Shown here: positions 10,784 through 19,668 of the stretch, piece after piece
Layout of the letters: the number at the start of each line of letters is the position of its first letter
How positions within the stretch are numbered: position 1 is the stretch's first letter
Source: an uncultured bacterium
Lineage (GTDB): Bacteria; Oederibacteriota; PGYV01; CAWJRG01
NCBI GenBank assembly: GCA_963845185.1
Contig: CAWJRG010000010.1
Location: 640,001 to 704,000 of the forward strand
Direction: 5' to 3'
Length of the DNA: 64,000 nucleotides
The notes under the pieces: model-generated
Told to the model about the DNA's origin: nothing
The model's database searches: none
Seen by the model: the letters and a program-made list of their open reading frames with translations, nothing else
Made by a program: the position numbers and the translations under genes

Positions 10784-11453
10784 GTTGTTTACCGAAGTAT
10801 TAAAAAGGTTCGACAAGTCCGGCGTTTTAAGTGATCTTATAATAGCCGGCAGCTGGAACATCTTTCTTTACAGAGACTTTTTTGGCAAAGATTTCGAAAA
10901 AATACCACAGTTAAGAACGACAGATGTGGATTTTTTGGTTCCAAATCCTTCAAAAATAATCCATAAATCCAATATACCGGAAATTATGAAGGACCTTGGA
11001 TTTATAGTTAAATTTAAAGGAAACGAAGGTTTCGTCAAACTTATTCATCCCGACCTCACAATTGAGTTTATTGTGCCGGAAAAGGGCAAAGGAGTTGATA
11101 ATAAACCTGTTTCTTTGCCTGGGTTAGGCATAAATGCCCCTGCATTAAGGTTTATGGATATCCTTTATGAAAATATAATAACAGTAGTGTACGATGGCAT
11201 AAAAGTTAATATTGCCCATCCTGCGGCATTAGCTTTTCATTATTTGATGATTTATCCAAGACGTAAAAACAAAGAAAAGGCTGAAAAGAATCTTGAACAT
11301 GCGGCTTCTATACTTAAATTAATGATTGAAAAAGACAAACAAAAAGAAACCCGTGATATTTTTAACAAACTGCATAAAAACTGGAAAAAAGAAATAATTG
11401 AATTAATGAAAAAAAAAGACCTTGCTAATATTGTGGCGGACTTAAAGCTTTAA
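10764..11453 (+). CDS. Nucleotidyltransferase-fold protein (GSU2403/AbiEii-like), putative toxin
   Basis: IIAGSW and RTTDVDFL Pol-beta-type motifs, C-terminal R...KAEK.L helix. Confidence 0.75.
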   Translation: MEKEKYELFTEVLKRFDKSGVLSDLIIAGSWNIFLYRDFFGKDFEKIPQLRTTDVDFLVPNPSKIIHKSNIPEIMKDLGFIVKFKGNEGFVKLIHPDLTIEFIVPEKGKGVDNKPVSLPGLGINAPALRFMDILYENIITVVYDGIKVNIAHPAALAFHYLMIYPRRKNKEKAEKNLEHAASILKLMIEKDKQKETRDIFNKLHKNWKKEIIELMKKKDLANIVADLKL

Positions 11454-11707
11454 GGTGTGTTTACCTCCATATTGTCGCATTTACCGGTTAGTCTATGTTT
11501 TCAAATTTGAAGCCGTTAAAATCCATAATCATGCGGGCTTTACAACCTTGTCAAATTCTTTTCCGTGTCGCCCCGGGAGCACTGGCGGGTGACGTGATTA
11601 TTTCATTATATAGGACTACTAGGGGACGGCTTAACCCATGCGGTTTCTATACAAAACATAGCTAACTAACTCAGAATTTTACACTTTTAGTGTATTTTAT
11701 TTTCCGA

Positions 11708-11764
11708 CCAATGTACCTTCCGGTAATATGGCCCTAAACCCGAACTAAAATGAGTGATTTAGGG
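11708..11764. repeat. REP-like composite palindrome, copy 1
   Basis: TTCCGGTA..ATGGCCCTAAACCCGAAC...TTTAGGG shared with 18234..18304 and partly with 12811..12848. Confidence 0.65.
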
Positions 11765-12035
11765 TTTTACACTTTAAATGTAAACCTATCCCCTTATTTT
11801 ATACCCTGGGTATAAATTGCCCTGCCAAAATGTGGATAATATGGGATTCCCATAAATTGCCCTGCCTTCCTACCCCATTTTATTACGTCGTAATAATTTG
11901 CCTTTTTTTCTATTTTTCCCCAATATTTACAAGCCTTTTTTGGCACGAACAGCCAAAAATCGCAATATTGCAACTTTTTTTTGGATCAAATTCCGGCTAT
12001 TTTTCCAAGCCTGAGCCTGTCGAAGGCCCCCTTCT

Positions 12036-12076
12036 CACTTACCCCTTGCCCCTTACCACTTCCCCCTTACTCCTTA
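12036..12076. repeat. Degenerate 7-bp tandem repeat (CTTACCA/CTTACCC)
   Basis: Heptamer periodicity; same unit at 48525..48572. Confidence 0.6.
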
Positions 12077-12169
12077 TAACTACCAGTGTCGTTTCAAACT
12101 GAAACAGGCATGCTTCTCAAAGGTAGAAGCTGGGATTGTTATCATTATGTGCTCATATTCCTTCTTTTA

Positions 12170-12604
12170 TTATTTTTTCCCGTTCAGGTATTTTGCCAAC
12201 GATTCGGCAAGCAGCCGGTTCCTTTTGACATTATTTTCCAAAGCCTGCGGTTCCGGCTCCCCGCTTTCCTTTTTAAAATCCTCGATAAGGGTCAGTTTCG
12301 ACCCCTGGCCGTGTTTTTGCACTGTGAAAATATTCATGGCGTATGTAATCCCCGGCATGCCGCTTCTCGTATTGACTACTGTCATGCTTTCCGGGATGAG
12401 AATCCTTTCTGATTTCATCGACACCGGGATGCCGTTAAAAACACCTTTTACCGTATATTGTATTACGCGCTCATCCTGGAAGGATACTATATTTTCGATT
12501 CCAGGGCTTGCTCCGGCTTTCTTTAGAAAGTTTATATCCGAAACTTCATTAAAAACGGCTTCCGGGGGCTGATCCAATAAAATTTCATCCTTTATTACGG
12601 GCAT
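12170..12604 (-). CDS. SRPBCC/polyketide cyclase-like protein
   Basis: I.....PPEAVF..VSD N-terminus, GSKLTL strand, C-terminal helix; GGAGG RBS. Confidence 0.6.
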   Translation of the reverse strand: MPVIKDEILLDQPPEAVFNEVSDINFLKKAGASPGIENIVSFQDERVIQYTVKGVFNGIPVSMKSERILIPESMTVVNTRSGMPGITYAMNIFTVQKHGQGSKLTLIEDFKKESGEPEPQALENNVKRNRLLAESLAKYLNGKK

Positions 12605-13234
12605 ATTTGTCCTCCTAAATGGAATTTTAGGGTGCTTTATATACTACTAAACAGAAAAATTGTCAATAAAAAACCCCTCTGGTAAAAAAAGTTGAGCGGG
12701 ATAGATTCGGACTTCTAACATAAAATGATAGTGCAGTTACATATGTTTCAGTCTTTTTTCTACTTTATGTTTCAAGATCAAGGGAAAAACGAGGTTTATT
12801 GCGGATGGGGCCCATGTATTAGTCATTTCATTCCGGAGCCCTAAATCCTGTACCACTCATTTCGTCTGGGTGCAGGACTTGCCCGAGTTATAGTGAGTTT
12901 TAACCTTGAACTTGAGCTACAACGAATAGGTGAGAGGAGAATGTTTTAGAGTTTAATTTATAATCTAAATGTTCTAATAATACTTTCAATAATTTGTTTT
13001 ATGATTGATATTTCCATCCTCTTATCTTTGAATAAGCTTTAAATACTGGATCCGAGAATCTATAGCATTTATTACGAATTTTTATTAATATTGGGGATTT
13101 TGGATCTGCCGTTAATTCCTTCATTAGCTGCGAAGGATTTGTGATTCCCATTTCTTTTACGGTAGCATAAATACTTTCTGTATCCATTTCATCATCAGTA
13201 GTATGGAATGAACCCCTTCGTTTGGACACTCGGA

Positions 13235-14044
13235 TTAGAACAAACCGGCCTGTTCCTGTAGTTTAGTTTCAAATTCTACCGGTGGAACGTAGCCTATTGC
13301 CGAATGCAATCTTTTTTGATTATACACCTCCTCTATAAAAAATGGAATCCTTTTCAAGACGTCATCGATAGTTTTATAATCCCACATATAAACTTCTTCA
13401 CATTTAATTGTTTTCATAAAACTCTCGGCTCCGGCGTTGTCGTACGGGTTGCCTTTGCGCGACATGCTGATAGTAAATTCGTGTTCCTTCAAGATGCCAA
13501 CGTAATCGTTGCAGGCATACTGCACGCCGCGGTCTGAATGATGGACTACGCCTGTTCCGGGCTTACGTCTCTCTATGGCCATTTTAAGCGCTCCTATAGC
13601 AAGGTCGGCATCAAGATACAGCGAAATATTGTAGCCTATGACCTTTCTTGAAAAAGCGTCCAGTATCACCGCTAAATACACGAAGCCAAGCAAAATTCTG
13701 ATGTATGTTATGTCTGAACGCCAGAGCTGGTTTAACGTTGTCAGGATCATGTCCTTCGCTATATTCGGGTAAATCCTGAACGGGTGATTGGAGTCTGTGG
13801 TTTTTACCCACTTGCGTTTGTACACCACCAAAAGCGAGCTTTCACGCATGATTCTTTGTACTCTTTTGTGGTTTACAATCACACCTTCACGGTGAAGCTG
13901 TTTTGTAACCCGCCTATATCCATATCCTGCAAACTCAAGAACTATCCGTTCAATTTTATCTCTTAAATCACAGTCCACCTTTAATTTTTTCTGGTTTTTT
14001 TCTTTGGGTTTGTAGTAATAACTGCTTCGGCTCAACCCAGTCAT
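13235..14044 (-). CDS. IS3-family transposase OrfB (DDE)
   Basis: YGYRR, W.SDITY, HHSDRGVQY, DNA.AESF..TIK.E, YN.KRLHSAIGY motifs. Confidence 0.95.
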   Translation of the reverse strand: MTGLSRSSYYYKPKEKNQKKLKVDCDLRDKIERIVLEFAGYGYRRVTKQLHREGVIVNHKRVQRIMRESSLLVVYKRKWVKTTDSNHPFRIYPNIAKDMILTTLNQLWRSDITYIRILLGFVYLAVILDAFSRKVIGYNISLYLDADLAIGALKMAIERRKPGTGVVHHSDRGVQYACNDYVGILKEHEFTISMSRKGNPYDNAGAESFMKTIKCEEVYMWDYKTIDDVLKRIPFFIEEVYNQKRLHSAIGYVPPVEFETKLQEQAGLF

Positions 14045-14400
14045 TTTGCACCATCTTTTAACTTCTCCTTGCCTTCTTCGCCCGGATATGGCCCGCCGAA
14101 TAAACTCTCTCTTTTCTTTGGTGCTTTTGCAAGGTGTTGACAGGCTTTTTTTAAAAAGTCATTGTCCATAGTCATCTGCCCAAGCTTGCGTTCAAGCTCC
14201 CGGACATGTTCTTTAAGCCCCTCGACTTCATCAGGTTCATTGCCGTATTTGCCACGGGCATAATTTTGCTTCCAATTCTGGAGTAATCCCCCTGATATTC
14301 CATATTTCCGGCTTATCTGCGCCGGCGTACTTACCTTGGATAGCAATTCTTCTACTACTTGTATCCTAAATTCTTTGTCAAAAACTCTCTTTGGTTTCAT
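14041..14400 (-). CDS. IS3-family transposase OrfA (HTH); A7G slippery site at 14152..14145
   Basis: HTH_Tnp_1-like N-terminus; the -1 frame from FLKK is open into OrfB (KKSLSTPCK...WCKMTGLSRSSYY). Confidence 0.9.
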   Translation of the reverse strand: MKPKRVFDKEFRIQVVEELLSKVSTPAQISRKYGISGGLLQNWKQNYARGKYGNEPDEVEGLKEHVRELERKLGQMTMDNDFLKKACQHLAKAPKKRESLFGGPYPGEEGKEKLKDGAK

Positions 14401-15566
14401 AGATGGTCTCCTTTGCCTTATCAGGCCAGGTCTCCGTCTATTCTAACACATGTGTCCAGTCTCTTGGGTGCAGCCCAGTATCTGAAAATGCTTTTAATAA
14501 TATTTCTCGTTGTGGTGAATTTTTAACAGCAGCGTGATAAATATCTTCGTATATAGTCTTTAGTTTACCTTCTGAAATTTCTTTGACTAAAATATCAATT
14601 GTTGATTTATTAATTGTTCCTTGCCCTCTTTCATATGCCAATAACATGGCTTCTCTTCCTAATAAATGAACGAAATAAGGAAAACCTTCACTTTTATTAA
14701 TAATTATTTTTTTAACATCTTCATCAAATAAAATTTTTTTAGAAATATGATGCTCGGCTTTCGTTATAATTTCCATTAATTCTGTTTCTGGCATTCTTTC
14801 AATTTCGATAGATTCAATTTGTCTACCAACAGAAGAATGATCTTCAATCAACTCAGTTATTGATGATGCGATACCAATTATTCCAAATTTTACAAATTCT
14901 GACGAACAAGCTTTTACTAACGATGAAAAACCTTTTTTATCTTTTAAAGTGTCAAATTCATCAATTAAAATAAAAATTCCTGTTTTATCTTGGTTATCCT
15001 TTTGAACCGTACCTAACATTTGTCTAAATTGTTGTGTTAAATCATCCGACATATATGTTTTAAATGTTTTTTCCTCTTTTCCCGAACCATTTATTTTTGC
15101 TCCAAAAAAATTAGCGCCTCCATCTATTCCTATTGTTTTTTTAAAACTTTCTAATTTTATATCACCAGATTTTGTTAAATTAAATAAAGGAGGATTCTTA
15201 TCATCGCCAAATAAAATTCTTTTCAATAAATCAAAAACGTTTTTAATTGAACTATCTATTTTAATGTAATATGTAATAAACTTGAATCCATTATTAGGGA
15301 TAAAACGATCTAAACTTAATGTTCTTGGCAATTTATTATTTCCAGAAGCAATTAGGGATAGTTGGTGTCCTATTGAAGATTTTCCAACACCTCTTAAGCC
15401 ATATATAGCAAGAAAAGATCCGGGATTGCTTAGACAAATTATACCATTACGTATTTGTTCCTTTCTTCCTACAAATAAATCAGGATTTTGTATTTCTTGA
15501 GTAGGCGAAAAAGCTTCGTTAATTATTTTAATATCCATAGTTCTCCTTTTTAAAAATTTTTAATAT

Positions 15567-17969
15567 TTAATCATTTATTAATTTAAAAATATAAGAATAA
15601 ATATTATTCAACGGTCCTGAAATTTTATTATTATCAAGAAAAGAACTTACAATATTCATATAATTTACGTTAATTTTATATAGAATATTTTCATCTTTAG
15701 TTGATATAGTTTTTTGATCTAACGTAATTATTTGCAATTTAATAAATTCTTCAAAAATTTTTTCAATTTTAGGAATATTTTTTATACAACCAATAATTAT
15801 ATTTATTTTTTTTACTGAATGATAAACCTTTCCCGTTCTAAATTTTCCAAGTATTTGATTAATCCATTTTTTAACGTCATCTTCATAAACAGGTACTTCA
15901 TTCTCAGCTAATATTTTCATTAAACATGCTTTAGAATCTTCATCAATTTTTTCTACTTTTGAAAAATTTTTTTTAAATGATAATCTTTTAAGTCCTTTAC
16001 AGTTTTTAAATTCAATTCTTCCAGTAAATTCTCCATTTTCGAATAATGTATTTTCATTGAAATCACATTTATCAAATACTACGTCTTTAAAATTACAATT
16101 TATAAAAGTAACATTGAATAAATTAATTTTGGTTATTGTTCCTTTGATAGACATATTTTCAAATTTTCCATCAAACACAAATAATATATCTTCTATAATA
16201 TCCTCCGATTTTCTTTCAGTGCTTTTAAAATTTGTTGATAGATATTGGATTAAATTAAAGAGTGCGGGTGAATAATAATTTCGCCAATCTTTATGTCCTC
16301 TTAATTTATCTGATAAAATTTTTATTCTATTTATTAGAGCTTTATATTCTAAATTATTAATTTTATTTAATCTAAAAATTTCATTTAAATTCCCAAAATA
16401 TTCAGTTAACCCCGAATGTAATTTTTCAGAGAATTTTTTTAAATACTCATATTCAGATATTTCTTCTTGAAACAAAATATCGTAAAAAACCAAACACTCG
16501 AAAAATGGTCCTGCAAAATTCCACCTAAATTCATAATTATTTTGTTTATTTTTTTTAATAAGAGGATGGCTAATAAATGAACGGAATCTATTTTTGTCTT
16601 TTGGATTTTCTTTATCAATATTTGAATAAATCCATATAAAATCTTCGGAAAATGAATTTCCAATATATTCTCTATCTTTAACAATATTTTTAAATATTTC
16701 CATTTGTGTAGTAGAATCTAACCCTATTCCTTGTTTTAATGAATTACGATCACAAACTTTTTTTAATACCGCATACATAATTCCTAAGTTAGAAACACTT
16801 AATTCTGCATTATTAGTATCTTCTGCTGCTAAACAAATCATTTCTAGCATATAAGGATTAATTTCAATCTTACTTTTATTATCATAAGCATCTATAACGC
16901 TTCTAGCAAGTTTTTCGGCACGCTTACGTTGTATTTCATTTGTCAAATCAGGTGAAGATTGAATAAAATCAATCATTTGTTTTTCATTAAAATCTTTTAA
17001 AGCAAATATATCTATATTTTTCTCTATTAATTGCATAACTTCACTACTTTTAACATCTTTTATTGCTTCATCCCAAAAAACATCTCTTGTTGTAAGTAAT
17101 ATTCGACCAGTATCAATTGTCTTATTAAGACCGCTGACAAGAGAAGTAATTTTCTCTAAAACATCTTGTGCATTAAAAGAATGATAAAACATTGTACATA
17201 ACTCATCAAATCCGTCGAAAATTATTAAAAAACTACCATTATTCAAAAAAGTTTCTAAAAATTCTGTAGATTGTCTTTTAAATTTTAATTGAACCAATGA
17301 TTCAGATAGAATATCTTCAATCGCAATGGGGGACTTATCTAATAAATTTTTCCATTGGGAAGAATCAATAAAGATTGGAAGAATTTGTCTATTTTCGAAA
17401 TTTATTGCATAATTAAAATTAATTTTTTCACATAATCTAGTTTTTCCACCACCCCCAGCTCCCAATATTACTGCCACATTTCTTTTACCATTGATCAACC
17501 ATTCATTAATAAAATAATTTAATGCATTATCTTTTGATTCTTCATGCGAATCATGGCGAAAATAAATAAGAGCTTGGGATGTATATTTAGGCTCGTTTAA
17601 GTTTTCAAACAAAGATTTATCAATATTCCTTTTTATTATATCAAACGAAAATTGTCTAACAGTCCTAATTGTTGTAGCACTAAGACTTTTTTTAATACTT
17701 TCCAATTTCATTTGAATTTTGCTTGAATTTTTACCACTAATTAATGGTGAAGAATTTTGGATTAAAATATTTAATTTTCTTTCATGAGAATTTTTTTCTA
17801 AGGCATCATCAAGTGACGTATTATTAGCATCAGAATCAAAAAAAATAAATTTTATTTTTTTAATTTCAGCATAATCATAATATTCACATTCATATAATTC
17901 CCATTGCTTTCCTTGATTAATAATAGCAACATTTTCATATGCTTGTCTTAATTCGTTTATTATTGACAT
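15567..17969 (-). CDS. NACHT-type STAND NTPase with C-terminal pentapeptide-like repeats
   Basis: ILGAGGGGKT, LIIFDGFDEL, ILLTTR, NPYML; FINCNFKDVVFDKCDF; very AT-rich DNA. Confidence 0.85.
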   Translation of the reverse strand: MSIINELRQAYENVAIINQGKQWELYECEYYDYAEIKKIKFIFFDSDANNTSLDDALEKNSHERKLNILIQNSSPLISGKNSSKIQMKLESIKKSLSATTIRTVRQFSFDIIKRNIDKSLFENLNEPKYTSQALIYFRHDSHEESKDNALNYFINEWLINGKRNVAVILGAGGGGKTRLCEKINFNYAINFENRQILPIFIDSSQWKNLLDKSPIAIEDILSESLVQLKFKRQSTEFLETFLNNGSFLIIFDGFDELCTMFYHSFNAQDVLEKITSLVSGLNKTIDTGRILLTTRDVFWDEAIKDVKSSEVMQLIEKNIDIFALKDFNEKQMIDFIQSSPDLTNEIQRKRAEKLARSVIDAYDNKSKIEINPYMLEMICLAAEDTNNAELSVSNLGIMYAVLKKVCDRNSLKQGIGLDSTTQMEIFKNIVKDREYIGNSFSEDFIWIYSNIDKENPKDKNRFRSFISHPLIKKNKQNNYEFRWNFAGPFFECLVFYDILFQEEISEYEYLKKFSEKLHSGLTEYFGNLNEIFRLNKINNLEYKALINRIKILSDKLRGHKDWRNYYSPALFNLIQYLSTNFKSTERKSEDIIEDILFVFDGKFENMSIKGTITKINLFNVTFINCNFKDVVFDKCDFNENTLFENGEFTGRIEFKNCKGLKRLSFKKNFSKVEKIDEDSKACLMKILAENEVPVYEDDVKKWINQILGKFRTGKVYHSVKKINIIIGCIKNIPKIEKIFEEFIKLQIITLDQKTISTKDENILYKINVNYMNIVSSFLDNNKISGPLNNIYSYIFKLIND

Positions 17970-18233
17970 TATTTTAACTTTAATTTTTTGTCATAAAAGA
18001 TTTGTTCATGATTTTTACTCATATTTTTCACCTCTAATTAACATTCGCATATCAAAAGTAGTTTAAAATTCACAGTTTTAAGCATTTAAATTATACGCCT
18101 CATTGTTTATCGCGTCAATAATATTTGAAATCTTATAAAAAATATTAATGATTTTAATTAAAAATTGACAATTCAAACCAATTTTCCATTTCAAATTTGG
18201 GATTCGAATGCCAAATCCTATACCAGCCGTTTA

Positions 18234-18304
18234 CCCATGTACCAGTCTTTTCATTCCGGTACATGGCCCTAAACCCGAACCATAAGTGAATGGTTTAGGG
18301 CTAC
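18234..18304. repeat. REP-like double hairpin, most complete copy
   Basis: CCATGTACC...GGTACATGG and CCCTAAACC...GGTTTAGGG-CTAC (reads GTAG + palindrome on minus strand). Confidence 0.7.
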
Positions 18305-18432
18305 TTCGTCCACCATACATTTTTAACAATTTCCAATTCTCAATTCCCAATTTTCAATGAAAAATTTTTGTGTCCTGCACATTTCGTTTACAAACAAAAT
18401 CATTTAATATGTTAAAACCCTTACCATTATAT

Positions 18433-18975
18433 TTATTGAGGAGATTTGTATAATTCCAATAATGTACTTACTGCTTTATCATATTTTGGAGTTGTAGTCC
18501 CTACAACCTTTGTGCTTATAGTTGGTGTCGCATTTGCAATAGCTACGGTTTGCATTATTGCAAATCCTTTTGCAATTTTTGCGACAGCCAGGCTTTGGGA
18601 ATCGATAAAATTTTGCAGGGCAAGTACACCTTTGAGAGCCTCATCGCTGCACGGGGTCATACGCAGTGTTTCGAGCGCGCTTTTTAACTTAAGTTTCAGC
18701 CGGATTGAATCCTGATCCAGTGTTTGCTGAAAATTAGTGATTTCATTCTTTGTATTAACAGAAATTTGGCCGCTGCCCAGTACATTTGCTACATTTGAAA
18801 CTGCCAATGCCACGGAAGTATCGTACCCTTGAGTATAATCAGCAAAATCTTTTGAAACATCTATGTCTCTTACAGGCTCTCCGTTCGCGCATCTAATTGG
18901 GCATCCACAGCATGAACTTATTACTAATACAGATACTAATAATAACAGTAAACATAAAAATCGTTTTGTATTCAT
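18433..18975 (-). CDS. Hypothetical lipoprotein (180 aa)
   Basis: AGGAGG RBS; MNTKRFLCLLLLLVSVLVISSC lipobox-like signal. Confidence 0.7.
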   Translation of the reverse strand: MNTKRFLCLLLLLVSVLVISSCCGCPIRCANGEPVRDIDVSKDFADYTQGYDTSVALAVSNVANVLGSGQISVNTKNEITNFQQTLDQDSIRLKLKLKSALETLRMTPCSDEALKGVLALQNFIDSQSLAVAKIAKGFAIMQTVAIANATPTISTKVVGTTTPKYDKAVSTLLELYKSPQ

Positions 18976-19129
18976 TATTACCCTCCTTTTACTTTTTTTA
19001 TATGCCTTAAACTTCCTCTTTATCTTTCCGCGGGCACAAATTCCATTCAGTAATTTGTATTTGGCATTTGGGATTCGAACGCCTAATGCCAAACCCCTAA
19101 CAATGGTGCTACTCCAAATAATTGCATTT

Positions 19130-19372
19130 TTACAATTCTTCTTTGTCTTTCCACGGGCACGAGGAATAAGGTCTCATCGTGAATGAAAAATCGCAGGACG
19201 TGTCAAAAACCGGTGATTCCCTTTTAAATCCCAGTACTTTTAATCTTGTATTGATTTCAAGGGCATTATTATTATTCATCTGTTTAAGCCTGCAGAAACA
19301 TACCGTAATCAGCTCATGCCTGCCGAAAGTCTTTAAGGATTCTTTTTTCTTTGCTATATTTTTGCAATTCAT
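19130..19372 (-). CDS. Hypothetical 80-aa protein
   Basis: Upstream TTGACA-N17-TACAGT (19447..19419) and weak RBS; no recognisable domain. Confidence 0.3.
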   Translation of the reverse strand: MNCKNIAKKKESLKTFGRHELITVCFCRLKQMNNNNALEINTRLKVLGFKRESPVFDTSCDFSFTMRPYSSCPWKDKEEL

Positions 19373-19477
19373 TTGTACACTTTACCCCTGCAGGCGGACT
19401 CCGCCTGCTGTATAACTAACTGTATCCCTTAATATTTGTTTTGTCAAGGTGAAAGCACCCCCCGGGTGTTGCAGGGA

Positions 19478-19570
19478 TAAATAAAACAAGGCAGGCCAAG
19501 GGGGGTTTGGAGGGGAATGGGGGATAAAGGCCTGCCCTGTGTATTCATCTCTAAATTTTTATCTTTCGCA
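19478..19570 (-). ncRNA. Candidate small RNA with C-rich loop
   Basis: TTGAAA-N17-TATCAT promoter at 19603..19575; stem ACAGGGCAGGCC/GGCCTGCCTTGT around a C-rich loop, then U-rich tail. Confidence 0.4.
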
Positions 19571-19668
19571 TTAAATGATACATTAATAATTCCGGTATTT
19601 CAAGAAACAAAATCAACTTTTCATACTCTTTTTTCTTCCACGGGATTTAACTGATGATTGCCCGCATA

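Larger units (their letters stand above)
13204..14477 (-). mobile_element. IS3-family insertion sequence, 1274 bp
   Basis: Imperfect 26-bp terminal IRs TGG..TG.ACCC.......TGGACAC with TG...CA ends; 3-bp target duplication GTA (13201-13203, 14478-14480); orfA/orfB. Confidence 0.95.
12999..15538 (-). pseudogene. AAA+/STAND-like ATPase (~420 aa reconstructed) interrupted by IS3-family element
   Basis: LFVGR, YGLRGVGKSS (Walker A), LIDEFD (Walker B), SEGFPYFVHLLG; removing the IS and one GTA restores KAFSDTTDDEM...YRFSDP in frame. Confidence 0.9.

Noticed and set aside
11830..12572. Plus-strand ORFs and a TGGCACG sigma54-like site at 11941
   Set aside because: ORFs translate repeats or the antisense of the SRPBCC gene; the -12 TTGC element is absent
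14438..14477. Apparent ATPase C-terminus GLHPRDWTHVLE (and N-terminus of ORF 12999..13229)
   Set aside because: Both are read-through into IS terminal repeats
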